A stretch of DNA of 64,000 bases from Malacoraja senta (GCA_038087875.1 CM075990.1:9548001-9612000); one strand, 5' to 3'. Numbered from the stretch's first letter, positions 12,041 through 25,363 are shown. The notes: a model not told the origin generated them from the sequence alone. A program made the numbers and translations.

Positions 12041-13674
12041 AATAATAATAATAATAATAGATTTTATTTACATAGCGCTTTTCAGGACTCAAAGTCGCTT
12101 GAGAGTCAGGAATAAACAAAACAAAATAGAGCAGTAAGACAGAGGGGAGGGGAACATGGGACTAAGGGTATGCAGAGCTGAAGAGATGGGTCTTGAGGCG
12201 GGACTGGAAGATGGTGAGGGACTCAGAATTTCGGACCGGTTGTGGGAGGGAATTCCAGAGCCTGAGAGCTGCCCTGGAGAAGGCTCTGCTTCCAAAAGTG
12301 CAGAGGTTTGATTTCGGAGTGGAGAGGAGACCAGCTGATGTGGATCTGAGGGACCGTGAGGGTTGGTAGGGGGAGAGGAGGTCAATGAGATAAGGGGGGG
12401 CCAGGTTGTTGAGGGCTTTGTAGGTGAGGACCAGGATTTTGTAGGTGATCCGGTGGGAAATGGGAAGCCAGTGAAGTTCTTTGAGAACTGGGGTGATGTG
12501 GTGCCAGGATTTGGTGTGGGTAATGAGTCAAGCAGCTGCATTCTGGACCAGTTGGAGTCGGTTGATGCTGCTGGAATTGATTCCAAAGAGAAGAGAGTTA
12601 CAGTAGTCCAGTCGGGAGGAGATGAAGGCATGGATGAGTCTTTCAGCAGCGGGGGGTGTGAGAGAGGATCTGATTTTTGCAATGTTGCGGAGGTGAAAAA
12701 ATGATGTGAGGCACAAGGGAGAGGGTTGAGTCAAGGATCACGCCAAGGTTGCGTGCCTGAGGAGATGGGGGGACAGTGGTGCCGTCGATAGTGAGAGTGG
12801 GGTTGTTAATTTTAGTGAGTGTTGATTTGGAGCCAATGAGGAGAAATTCTGTTTTGCTACTGTTTAATTTAAGGAAGTTGAGTTGCATCCAAGATTTGAT
12901 GGCTGATAGGCAGGAGTTGATATGGGAGAGAGGGGGGTGGTGGGGGGACTTGGTGCTGAGATAGATCTGGGTGTCATCAGCATAGCAGTGGAAGACCAGG
13001 TTGAAGTGACGGAGTATATGACCAAGGGGGAGGATGTAGATGATGAAGAGGAGGGGACCAAGAACTGAGCCTTGGGGAACGCCTTGAGTGACAGTGGCTG
13101 TGGCAGAGGTGTGGTTATGGAGAGAGATGAAGTGGGATCGGTTGGAAAGGTAGGAACGGAACCAGCTGAGTGCAGAACCTTCAATGCCAAGGTCCCTAAG
13201 TCTGGTGAGCAGGATGTTGTGGTTGACGGTATCGAAGGCTGAACTCGGGTCGAGGAGGATGAGGATATTGAGGGGGCCAGTGTCAGCAGAGGTAAGGAGG
13301 TCATTGAGGAGAGCAGTTTCTGTGCTATGGAGGGGGCGAAAGCCAGATTGGAGGGGTTCGAATAGGTTATACGCGAGGAGGTGGGAATGAAGTTGTGAAA
13401 CGACGATGCGCTCCAGGGTTTTTGAAAGAAAGGGGAGGTTTGAGATGGGGCGGTAGTTAATGAGAGAGGAGGGATCAAGACCAGGTTTCTTTAAGATTGG
13501 TGTGACAGCAGCAGTTTTGAAAGCAGAGGGGACAATTCCTTGGGACAATGAGTTGAAAAGATTAGTGAGGTAGGGGCAGAGAGCAGGGAGGCAGGACTTC
13601 AGCAGGGGAGTGTGGAGAGGGTCAAGGGAGCAGGTAGTGGGTTTGGAAGTGCTGATGAGTTTGGAGATTTCAGC
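12041..13674 (-). mobile_element. 5'-truncated L2-clade LINE (RT domain, frameshifted)
   Basis: NYRPISNLPFLSK, QSGFR, GVPQGSVLGPLLF, HCYADDTQ, SRLDYCNSLL; 3' tail gaaaagcgctatgtaaat plus (ATT)n; possible TSD atatt at 12036-12040 and 13675-13679. Confidence 0.93.
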
Positions 13675-15561
13675 ATATTGCACCTTTTACATTCACTTCT
13701 TCCTTTTCTGTGCAATTGCTTCCTTACATGTTTAAACAAGTCAGCCATTTTGTTGGTAACAAGATCATTATTTTGGGTGGCATTGTTTAGGGATAACAGG
13801 TAACCAGTATACCATGATAATTTCCAAATTCATCAAATTGTACACTCAAATCATGAACAACCATACTGGACAGAAGGAACCTCAGTTTAACAACTAAACT
13901 GCAAGACCCCACCACTCCTGTACCAAAGTGATAATCGAACGAAACAAGTCCAGTCACGGAAACATAATAAGGCAAAATCAGAATGCAATTTCTTCAAATT
14001 TAAGGGACCAACAATCATGAACTCAATCTCCAAATTTCGTTATAGCAGAATAACTGTGAACTCATAAAAAACCGGAACCCTCGGATTTTACAGCTGTGAC
14101 TACTAACCTTAATGTAAAGTTAATTCATGTTTTCAGTCTGAAAATTCTTAATCTACTCCAAATTTAACTTTAATTAAAGAGTAAAATAAGTGAATTAACT
14201 GCTTCTAAAAAGTGCATGATATACAATTTTGAAATCTCCAAACCAATGTGCTGATCAAGCCACTCCAGCATGGTGTCGCTTACAGTTTTTGGATTCATTT
14301 CAACAGCTGCAGCAGACAAAATGGAATCATCATCACACAGAACTTGAACAAAATATGACTTTTAATTGCTACTTGTATCAGTAGTGCTTCAGAAAGACTG
14401 TGCATTACGTGTTGCTGGGATGATATTTCCTGAGCAAATACCCTATCATTCCCGTTAAATAAATTGATATGTGTTCGATAGCTTGACCTAACAAAACTAT
14501 TTTCTGTGTGGCGAACATGGACTTAATTTTTTCCTTGCCATTAAAAGTTATATTGAACCGATAGCTAAATTTAGAGTGTTTCTGCAGACAAAAAGGGTTT
14601 CTACCCCATAACTGGGGTTCAATGCTTGCCGTTGGCACGTTTAGCAGCTGCCAGTACACAGACATACTCAAATACAGGCAGATCCAATTTCAAAGGTTGA
14701 ATGTGGAAAGAGTGACAAGTTCACAACCGTGTTTCGCTTCAACTGACCTACAGTAGCGCTCCCTGCTCAGAAATAGAACAGAGTACAAGGATGCATTATT
14801 TAAGTTATAAACTCCCAACACTCTAAATGAAATAGAGAGCAAGTGAATTTGCCTGCATTTCTTGTCCCATCAGTCCCAGGACAACCATAGCAACACTGTC
14901 ATGAAACAAATTAACTCATCAATCACTGACAACCTGCAAATCAGACTATTTAAATTACGAGACAATGGGCTCCACATAAAGTTTGGATCCATTTGATTTT
15001 CTAGTTTACTTTCTCTTTTACCTTGTTCATAGCATCGACTGCAGGGTAATGCCAGTAAGGTACCTCCCAGAAAGTCTGCCATGAAGCCAGTATTTATCTG
15101 CACAGAATCATACAATGGTTGCTCTCCAACCAGAGGCTTGAGCTCACTCGAGCTCAGAGAGACGCCATGAGAATGTTCAACAGTTGCTTCAATCCCAGAA
15201 TCTTACCCTGTCAGAAGTCCATTCCAGGTGGAGCCTCTTGAGCTATTTTGAGCTATTTGCTCAAGTTGAGCTATTTGCCACAACTGATTCTCTCCTCCTT
15301 GCTTTTACTTAAAGTAACCACATGCAAAAAGTGACTCGTCAGCTACTCATAATGGGTCTAATTCCTATTTAGAGGGTTCATCCAATCAAGGCTAATGCTA
15401 ACACACATGCTTTTCAATACTTCAGTTACCTCCATCTCAGAGTTAAAGATGCTTTAGTATAATATACACATGATTGCAAACAGAATAAAAAGTAGCACCT
15501 CCGTTTAAAAGGAATATAGTTTGAACATTCCAGGCATTTGGTAGTTTGTAGTGCAGATTAC

Positions 15562-15689
15562 CTCATCAGCTGGCAGCGTGGCAAGTGGTTTTATGACTGT
15601 AGTGAGGGGAACCTGACATTGTTTTGCCATGTCTGAAGTGCAAGGTATATTGTAAGTTGCACATCGAATAAAACGAGGACTTGCATTCC
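15562..15689 (-). CDS. SEC24C: SEC24C coding exon ([43 protein letters not shown])
   Basis: ttgcag| and |gtaat borders, 128 nt, phase 1 to 0. Confidence 0.95.
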
Positions 15690-16774
15690 CTGCAAGACAA
15701 CAAAATACGTTTTATGCTCCGATGCAATCAAAGTTTTACTTTATAAATGCACTATTAAGGAGCCGTTTCATTAGTAAACCTTCATTTGGTGTGCTCTTTT
15801 TCATTGATTTAACCAAAACAAAAAAAACTTAATTTACAGTATTTTTGAGTGCTTCATTTGTATGTAATATACATCATATACTGCAAGGAAACATCAGTGA
15901 TCTAAAACATTCGTAGGTTCGTTTGAAAAGAGAAAAAAGATTGGCAAGTAATCACAACTGTGGACAAAATAACAACACACACATTTAAATACAAGTACAC
16001 ACCTCACAAGTATATTTAATAATGTCAAACACCCCTAAAAACACAAGTAAATCATTTATAACACTTAGTCAGTCTTTTGCTAGATTAATCAATTTAAATG
16101 AAAGACCATTTAGTTAAAAGCATATGACGACTACAAATAAGAACAAATGTGAAATAAGAGTTTCTAATTTACTAAGCATAATAAAAGTTTGGGTTAGGCA
16201 ACAGGAAACAAGATGCTGCAATTGATTAAGAGATCGGTACAATCAGCTGTGTATGTTCAATGTATGCTCTGCCATGCCAACGTAAAAAAATTGCTCAGGC
16301 CCTGTATGTGGAAAATCCAGGATGCTGGAATTGAGGTGGCAGTTTTGCTAGTTACTTTGCTGGCGTTAAGCCCTTGAACTGTAAATTGAAACATGCAATT
16401 CTTGAAGCATTGATCCCATTCATTTTAGTTTTTCAGAAGTCTCTATCACATCAATGTGAAAATATTTTTACAACCGAGACATATTGACAGATGTGGGTAA
16501 ATCTTGGGGCAGCCATAGAATCAGGTTATAAAGGCCTGTCGGCCCAACTCATCTATGCCAACCAAGATGCCCAATCTAAGCGAGTCCCATTTGCCCATGC
16601 CTGGTCCATATCTATGGCCTTTCCTAGCCTCAAATACTTCATTTGGCAGCTTTATTCATATATCATGTGTGGAAAAAATTGCTCCTTCGGTTCCTATTAA
16701 ATCTTTCCCCTCTTGCATGAAAGCGTTTTGAAGGAGTTTTGATGAACATATCAAGCTGAGCAAATTAAATCTAC

Positions 16775-16886
16775 CTTGATCCTTTACCACAAAGTCAGTA
16801 GTCACGAGTGGTGGAACTTGTCCTCTTACACCTGTCGAAAATGGTTCAGATCCTCGATTCGACTTATCATCCTCAATTACTTGGAT
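16775..16886 (-). CDS. SEC24C: SEC24C coding exon (IQVIEDDKSNRGSEPFSTGVRGQVPPLVTTDFVVKDQG)
   Basis: aacag| and |gtaga borders, 112 nt, phase 0 to 1. Confidence 0.95.
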
Positions 16887-18280
16887 CTGTTACAGCACAC
16901 AATACAATATTTTAATCATTTATTAAAGTTCAAGCTATCCATTATCATTTGTAGAGATGAATAGATGCACTATAAGCTGGTATAAAAGGATGAGCAGCCA
17001 ATTCCACTATGTAACATTGACTAACCACTTAAACCTTTGCTAACAGTCTTGTGAATGCGTGTGCTGCCTGAGCCATAAATGGCCTGGATGCTGAGTTAGC
17101 GAACATTGGATCATAATTGCCTTTAGCACTCCTAACATGCCAAGAGTAAAGAAATCAGCCCAAATTCCCAATCAATGTTCAGTGATAACTGTTCAAATGC
17201 AAAGGTGTACACGATTGAGCGTTCAACTGTGGTAGCCTCTCCACCCTGCTCACAGTGTCTATTGTCTCAATTAACCATTTGGACAGTGTACCAAATAGGT
17301 GTTTGATGCCTGTGGAACAACACAAAAGCACTAAAGCACTAAAGTGCATATCTAAAGTGTGCAACACAGATGAATTGGAAAAATTGGCAATGCTTGGAAA
17401 GGACAGGGAAAGTAGAAAATCTTTTACACATCGAATCTAGACTTGCATTACACCAAAGATTTGCCAGTCAAAGGTATCTCAGACTGGATCACTGAAGGGC
17501 CTCCAATAGGAGAAAAACTCATTCAGCACCTGCTTTTCACTGAAAAAATTCAAAATAAGTACATTGATTTAATGTGGCCACTAAAATTAATTCTAAAGAG
17601 TCATAACAGAGCCAAAGTACCAATAATTAAAGTCGCAGCTAGCTTTCTCAGTTAGCTTGATTTTGGAATGACATATAATGTCAATTCTAAAACTTCTCCA
17701 AACTTATTGTTACTACTAATTAATACACCAAGGATTCTGCAATTAAAAATATCCCAAAAAAGAGACAAGAGGGTTTCCATCTCTTGCACAAGTTTAAAAA
17801 TAATGAAAAATGTAGAGAAATTATATTGATAAAGAGTAATGGGGGAAAAAATAAAAACAGTATCTAGCTAATAAAGCTAGTTAGTGCTGGAATTTAAAAT
17901 CCAGACCAAAAATGCTCACCATGTATGCAAGTTTAGATCCTGTAATTAAATATAAATATGTATCTAATGCTAACCTATTAAAACATGACTGTAAGATCAC
18001 AACATTAATGTGTTCAAACACTAAATTCTCCACAAGTCATATGATAAATGTTTTAGTAATCTATTGGAAAGATTTGCAGTATAAATATTTTCTTGGGCAT
18101 ACACTTTAGCTGTCATTTACCTTTTAAATAAAATGTGGAATTGCAAAATAGCACATACAAAGTGCAACAACATTATGACCTTACAGCATGTAGCTCACAA
18201 TTGCAGATCAATGAGCCTTTTGGAGTTTAAGCAGGGCAGTAATGCAGAAGGTAACAGCACGTACATACAAGCAGACTTAC

Positions 18281-18349
18281 TGGACTAGGAATTGCATCTG
18301 GATCTATTCTATGTCTTGTTTTCTTTTGAGTTGGCAGTTCATTAAGTTG
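18281..18349 (-). CDS. SEC24C: SEC24C 69-nt alternative cassette exon (QLNELPTQKKTRHRIDPDAIPSP)
   Basis: Long polypyrimidine tract then ttttaag|, perfect |gtaagt donor, phase 0-0, no stop; repeats the RLDPDSIPSP motif of the preceding exon. Confidence 0.9.
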
Positions 18350-20469
18350 CTTAAAAGGGCACAAATGAGCAGCAAAACAGGAGAGAAACAAGAGTAACAA
18401 TTGTTACTTCTACCTTCCTACACAATTGGTGCCATATCAGCAAGTCCTTTGATATACATCATTGCACATGCAAGTAGTGCTAATCAGTTAGACAGCTATC
18501 TGAACACATCAATACCAAATGCAAGACCTCTTAACTGCCTTAAAAGAAAATCAACATTTCCAGAAAATATTCTGGGAAAATAATTCCATCTATAAGCGTG
18601 TTAGCTCTTCAATTATGTGCTTTTCAATATTAATTCAGAAAATCTGCTAAAATTAAGTGCAATTTAAAAAAAACGATTGAAACTTATATGGTGTGGTTTT
18701 AATGTTTCTTTCATTCATGCCAGTTTCCCAGACACAAAAATGAGTTGAGAAAGCCAAATACATTAGACTGACCATGTATGATTAAATGGTTAGTTGTGAA
18801 AGGATGTTTGCAACATAGCAACCGCATTCATCTCCTGGGTTGGGAAATTTCCATAATTAAAATATCCTCACCAGAATTAACTCCAAATGGTGCAAAACAC
18901 AAAGAAAATCACTGCAACTGCTTAAAGTAAAATAGTACCTCTTTTCCCTGAGATCGATGTATATCTATGGCAACCCATGCAAAAGTGTTGGGATACTGGC
19001 AGAATTCTCTTTTCAACCATTTCCTTTTCAATTATAAAAATTCAGCACTAATCTATGCATTTACTGATCTGAAAATATTTGTTTAAAGTAGAAAGCTGAG
19101 AAAAATTATTAAGAGCAGTATCATTTAAACACTCCCTAAAAGATTCAAGGTCTTTGAATCATCTGATTTCATAAATTCTGCAAACACTCAATCCAAAGTC
19201 TTGAGAACAACTGCACAAACAGAAATAACATCATTCAAACTCACCTATTCACAAAGAACCAACAATCTCCCCATTATTGCATTAGTTTCAAAAATAATTA
19301 TCAAATTCAGAGTTCTACTACTCTTTCCAAAGACTCTTCTAAGCATTATCACCAATTAACTCACATGCTTCATGTCCACCTAAACTACTTAAAAGCTCAG
19401 CTTGAAAAGTGAACTTTTGGTCTTCAGGAGCCTTATAGTTACAGGTGCCAAAATATTCAATATTGGCTTATTGGCAAGTATTTCTAGCACTTTTGGTATT
19501 AGATTTTTAACATCTGCAGTGATTCGGAATGCTGCACTTTTTACCCTGGATATATTATTTATACATCTTAGATCGTTTTCAGACATATTGAAACAGCCTG
19601 ATTTGGGTATCTAAATTCATGTGGTCAGCAACAGCGCAACTGTTACAAGTATTTTTGAGTACGTTAAAATAACATGTATAATACTAGTATAACATGTATA
19701 ATACATGGATGCTAGGTATTCAACTAACAGATGTAGTCTACATTGGTAATTAAACATTACCTGATATATCAGAAATAAATCAGCCCTGTAATGGTGCCAC
19801 AATGGATTACAAGTTTAAAGCACCTTATAGCATGGTTGTTTATTACCTTGCCTCAATACCCATCTTGGCATTTCAGGTCCAATCCTGCTGCCTTGTCTAA
19901 CAGCCTCACTCTTTCTACACCTCACTCTTTCTACATCTCGTGCTATCCGTAGAAATCAGCAAACTTATATACATTTAAAAAAAAACATGACAAGATGAGG
20001 GATACAAACACTAGGTTCATCAGTTGCAACAGCAAACTGAATCTTAACTAGGTGGAAAGTAAATTGGAAACAAAGATGTTGATACCAGGTCAGGAATGAA
20101 CTAGTTTGTCCCACAAGCGCAAGACCACCAGAATTCCAAACTATTCTGAAGAAAATTGGATCCATCAAGTAACACAATTTGCTAGTGCAGGAATTGCTAT
20201 TACTAGACACAGCTTGTGCTGTGACACAAGCTGGTTACGTACATGTGAAATATTGAGGCTATAAAAAAAATACCGACTTGTGAACATGGGTTCAAACACA
20301 TTGAAATAGGTTTGGGGGGGGGGGGGTGATTTACATTTAAATCTCCAACACACACATGCAAGTGAATCCTTTTCAACCAATTGAGAGCAGAAAGTGAGAA
20401 AATTTACCGAGCAGTTCTACAAACATTAGAACACAACAGGGTGAATAACAAAAAAATCAGTGTGCTTAC

Positions 20470-20594
20470 AGGGCTTGGAATGCTGTCTGGGTCCAATCGT
20501 TTCTGCTGAGGTGGAGGTTGACTGCTGTAATTTGGTGCTCCAGTGGAAGGTGCGGCATAATTTGGTTGGGGTGCCCTCATTTGCCCAAAAGAAC
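20470..20594 (-). CDS. SEC24C: SEC24C coding exon (GSFGQMRAPQPNY...PPPQQKRLDPDSIPSP)
   Basis: ttctag| and |gtaagc borders, 125 nt, phase 1 to 0. Confidence 0.93.
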
Positions 20595-21138
20595 CTAGAA
20601 CATCACATCAAGGTAAGTGGAAGACTTGCATATCCCAACACCACGTCATTACAGAACACCACTATCCATTCTTACTACAATTTGCTTTTGCGCAAATTCA
20701 CGGACAAATTGGATAGTCATCCTTATAAAATAGGCTAAGCAGAATGCATATCTAATTAAAAAGACATCTGTAACACCTAGACAGCATCAGTTTTTCAAAA
20801 AAAATCATCCTTTGAGTCCCACTTCAGAGCATCTCCCCCAGAATTGTGTAATGTATCTATCCAATTCCTCATTATAATGTATGACTGGATTGGTCCCACG
20901 CCCCTTTTAGGCAGCAGGTTCAAAATATTGCTTGGAAAAAAATATTCAATTGCTCAACTTCCCTTCCTGCCTTTACTTAGAACTCATATTTGAAAGTGGG
21001 GCTCATGTGGGTGGGGACAGAAATATTTTCATTCCTGGGCAGTACAGTTTTGAAAATCATTCTGTTCAACACAATGCTAGCAGTAGCAAAGATATCGATC
21101 AGAGAAAACGTTGTTCCATGTATTGTATAAAAGCTTAC

Positions 21139-21543
21139 CGTTCTGTTGTGGTACAAATCCCTGATTGGGTGCTGGATGCATTTGAAAGCCCTGATTTGGA
21201 GCACCAGGGATTGCCCCTGGCATACCAGGCTGGGGACCCAAAGATCTGTGATTCGGCTGTGGTGGATAAGGTCCTGATGGCGGCTGTCCTGGCAGAGGTT
21301 GTCCGTGCATCGTAGGAGGTCTTTGCATTCCAATTGAAGGAGGTTGATTCACACCCGTAAGACCTATAGATGTGGGAGGAGACGAGAAGGTTGACACTGG
21401 GGAGGGTTGCCCAGGAAAAGGATGCTGAGGAAGGCTATTATCTTGCGGTGTGCTTGAGGGAATATTCTGAGGCACTGCAGAATACGCTGCTGGACCCACA
21501 GGCGGCAAACTAGTTGCAGTTGGAGGACGAGAAGCAGGCGGGC
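21139..21543 (-). CDS. SEC24C: SEC24C coding exon, Pro/Gln-rich N-terminal region (GPPASRPPTATSLPPVGP...FVPQQN)
   Basis: tttcag| and |gtaag borders, 405 nt, phase 1-1, open frame. Confidence 0.9.
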
Positions 21544-22569
21544 CTGAAAACAGAATATATTTACAGTCATAAAGATTCCTACAGAAACAAAAGTAAAAAC
21601 AGCCAGCGAGTTGATATAGTTCACAAATGAGGCAGAAAGAATTACATAAATGTCATAACCATTTCAGGCATTTGCACCTTGCCTTCATTATTAACCAGGC
21701 ACCAAATGCTTGTGATATGAACATTTGTGATTTAAAAGGGAGAAAAGTACAGCACAAATTGTCTAGTATATCAATTAAAAGTGGGATTACTTCCTGAAAG
21801 TGGTGACAATTTAGAAATTTAGTCAGAATTGTAAAGAACTCCATTAATTGAGAGGGACAAAGCACCGCCCATCAATTCCTAAAGGGACAGAATTGATTAC
21901 CATCAAAATGATGCACTTCAATAACATATGCAAAAACTGCAAGTTCTACATTGATGGTAATGACCTACACCCAGCTCCATCTCACCAGCTCCTTTCAACT
22001 CCTGTAGCCTCTCAAATCACCAGATTGCTGTCCAATATCTTTGCTTTCAAGTTCCTCCATGGTTTATATCGTCTTCTTTGCCATCTTCTCTTGTCCCGTC
22101 ACATCCAAAATGCTAATGGTCCTTCAGTTCTGAGCTTTTCATTATTCATATTACTGAAATTAAGCTCTCAAATTTCTTTCTTCAAACCTTGTCCCTTTTT
22201 TCAAATGCACGCATTTCAGTCTAAATCTTTCATTAAGGTTTTTATACATATACCCCAACAAAACACTCCAGTGTAACTTTGGATACATTAGCACAAAGAC
22301 ATTACATAAATTTACACTATCAAATAGTTACACTTACTTACAATTCCACTTATTTTCTAAGGCGATAGATGGTGAATTTTATGCACATAAAATATTCCAT
22401 GAATTTACATGTAAATAAAAGCCAAATGAACTAAAGCAACACCCTCACCAAATGGCACAAGTACTTTTCAAAGGATTAATTCATGTAATTACGTAAATAT
22501 CATCCCAGACGGCTCGTGTTCTCCAGGGCCTGTGGTTGCAACAGTGACACAAATTTCTTCTTGGTCACT

Positions 22570-22940
22570 GACCAGCATTACACCACTCTGGTCACACACT
22601 CATCTCACTGCTACTATTGGGAAGGTGGTTCTGAAGCCTGAGAACCATAACACCCATGTTCAAGAACAGCTTCTTCCCATCAGGCTTTTGATCCATACTG
22701 CACAACCCTACCTCAGCAATGATCTACTATGGACTTTGTTTTTGTTCTACAATACATCTGTTACACTATTATGATCTTGGTTATCCAGTATCATCAAGTA
22801 AATGATTGCATTTTGATACTGTACATTTATTTGTTATGTTCTTACATTAATAAACCTGTAAAGTTGCAGCAAGTAAGGATTTCATCAATGCTCTCCCAGT
22901 GCACATGACAATAAAACATTCTTCACTCTGTCTTGACAGG
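22570..22940 (+). mobile_element. Rex1/Babar LINE 3' fragment, decayed
   Basis: Remnant GHTLISLL..GR...FKNSFFP..IRLL; tail catgacaataaa. Confidence 0.65.
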
Positions 22941-23136
22941 CTATAATAAAAATAATTTGGTGGTGCCCAGCTAGCAGAATGACCTGGGTTCAATTCCAAC
23001 CTCCACTGCCCAAATAATTCTATGATGTTCTTAAAAATATTAGGAATGCTGTTCTCAGAATGGCAAATGATGGTCCTATGATGCACACGACTATTTCACA
23101 ACTTCAACTGTATAAGATCATTTTAACTTTACCTAC

Positions 23137-23315
23137 CGTAACCTTGGCTGACAGGCGATGCACTGTTGCTGGAAACTCCAGTGATCTGCATGTGGGCCAT
23201 CTGGTTTGGTAACTGTTGAGCATGACTGAGCGAGGGCGCATACTGTTGATATGGCATCGGTTGACTACCAGAATGAAGTGTATTACCAGGCATGTATTGC
23301 TGAGACAGTGGAACC
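23137..23315 (-). CDS. SEC24C: SEC24C coding exon (VPLSQQYMPG...QQLPNQMAHMQIT...SQGY)
   Basis: ttgtag| and G|gtaggt borders, 179 nt, phase 2 to 1. Confidence 0.88.
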
Positions 23316-24017
23316 CTACAAAAAGATTTCAACAGTTAATTTGTAATGTTTTTAACTGCAGAGCCAGAGTATGAACTGGGATAAAACGCAGTTTGAACTG
23401 TAACAGTTACTCTGAAGGCAGGCAAATTTACCTCCTTCCTGCAAAGTGTCTGGGTTGAGTGCATAAATGCCAACATTCAGCATTCCCACTCAAAGCTTCA
23501 AACATACTGTATGTTTGCAAACCATTTCTCAACTGTGTTCCAATGCTGGCCTCCTCATGGACTTCAGCAGTGCATGAAACAGGTGCAATTGCCCAGCAAA
23601 TTACACCACATAAATTGTCCACTAAAATCATGGCACATTGCAGGAACTACCTATTTATTCATTCATAGAGCAAAACTGATAGAAAGGGATCTAACTGTTA
23701 AGTCATTTCAAGAATAGCCAGGTTAATTTCAAAGTTTTTAATTCAATGTTACTATTCTAAATACTTTAAATGTTTACTGAGAAATTCCAGCAGACACCTT
23801 GTCCAAATGTCCTCGTACAAATGTCAGAAAATTTAGGGCTTGAATGTAACCTGGTGTCAACTAAAGTCCCAAATTTCCTGACATGTCCTCCCTGTTGTCA
23901 TTGCAACTCATGATACAACCATGGAGTATCAATCTCAGTGTTTTCAAGCTGCACAGCAGAAGATTCTGTCTGGTCAACCTGCATCAGCTTAGATGTGCTG
24001 CAGAATAAGAAACTTAA

Positions 24018-24626
24018 AGGCTCTGTCCCACGGGTTTGCGGTCATTGGCGGTGAAGCGCGGCGTCGCCGGAAGAGGAGCCCGCATGGCAACCGCGAGAGC
24101 GCCGCACGGATGCTGCGCGGGGGCCGAGTGATCTCCGCACGGCCGGTTCCACAAGCTTGCGGCGTCGGGTGATGACGACATCACGCAACGCAACGCGTTA
24201 CGCGATGATGTCATCGCGCAACGCGACGCGCTACGCGATGACATCATTTCGGATCGCGGGGCTGTGGTAGTGGTGATCGCGGCACTGTGGCGGCGGCTGT
24301 GGCGGTGCCCGTGCCGCACACGTGCCTCACTGGCGGCGACTGTGGCGTTGCCCTTGCCGCACACGTGCCTCACTGGTGGCGGCTGTGGCAGTGAAAGTTG
24401 GACTCACGGCGCCCGTGCCGCACTCGTGCCTCACTGGCGGCGGCTGTGCGGTAGGAAAAGATATTTCGACATTGTTGGTTTTTTGTGAGCACCGTGCGGT
24501 GTTGGGACCAACGCCGCACGGCCCCGGCAGTGTGCGTTTGACCGAACCCGCAGTCTCTGGCGGTCCACGAGCGGTAGATACTTCCTGTTTCACCACCAAT
24601 GACCGCAAACTCGTGAGACAGGCCTT
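24018..24626. mobile_element. PIF/Harbinger-type MITE, CpG-rich, with internal palindromes and ~40-bp tandem repeats
   Basis: TIR aggctctgtcccacgggtttgcggtcattggcggtgaa / ttcaccaccaatgaccgcaaactcgtgagacaggcctt; TAA TSD at 24015-24017 and 24627-24629. Confidence 0.85.
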
Positions 24627-25363
24627 TAATTCATTTCAGCGAGGAACCACTGAGTTGGGAGCCAGAGGATGAGTTGTAAGTAATTAACATTTATTAAATT
24701 AACGGTATGTATCTCAGTGGTTCTTAGCATTTTCATCTTTAAAAGTTATTAACAGTATAATTTTTCACATTTCAATTTTGAGATCATTTGAATGGCAGAA
24801 ACATTAGCAGGCATTCAAACTCAGTTTTAACAATCAGTAAACCAGGATATGTGACTTTCATTACTATGAACAGGACATGGTATTTATTATTTCAAGGGAG
24901 ATGAAGTTGGTAGCTAACCTTGTGACCAAGTTGCTCATGGAAGATACATTTGAAGTGCTGAGTACTCAGATGCAAACTTCATGACAAATATGCAGACTTT
25001 AAATGAGCTGCTCAATTGTTTCCCACCTCTTTTTTGGCATATCTCTCTAGTCTTCCCAGGCAGCTAATCTTATCACATAGTGGTTACATTAAGATTGACA
25101 TATTTTTGTCATTTAAAAAAAACCGCTTCACTGTAAATAGAAGTCATGGCAACTAATGACCACAAAAGCATCAAGTTCAGATACGCTGCAGCAGCCTGTC
25201 ATACGCTGATTTGAGTACCAAAGCATGCAGCATCTGAAGTGCATTCCAATGTTGGCCATTTTTGAACAAGCCATTTTTATAAATAAAGCGTTAAAAACTA
25301 GCCATCAGCAGCTGCTTTTATTTGAAATGCTTCTGAAGTGGATCTTCATGATAAGAAAGTGAT

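Noticed and set aside
15238-15278. Short tandem duplications (ttgagctattt x3; similar ones near 19905, 48446, 56923 and 63880)
   Set aside because: Ordinary slippage-type duplications with no sign of function.
17271-17309. Good-looking acceptor (gttgttccacag|) in the cassette-exon intron
   Set aside because: The phase-0 reading hits TAA after 12 codons and there is no convincing donor.
19545-19610. Possible second 66-nt phase-0 exon (IPKSGCFNMSENDLRCINNISR)
   Set aside because: Poor polypyrimidine tract, mediocre donor, no similarity to Sec24.
24280-24450. Repeat array superficially like CRISPR
   Set aside because: Degenerate tandem units without unique spacers, inside a eukaryotic MITE; no cas genes.
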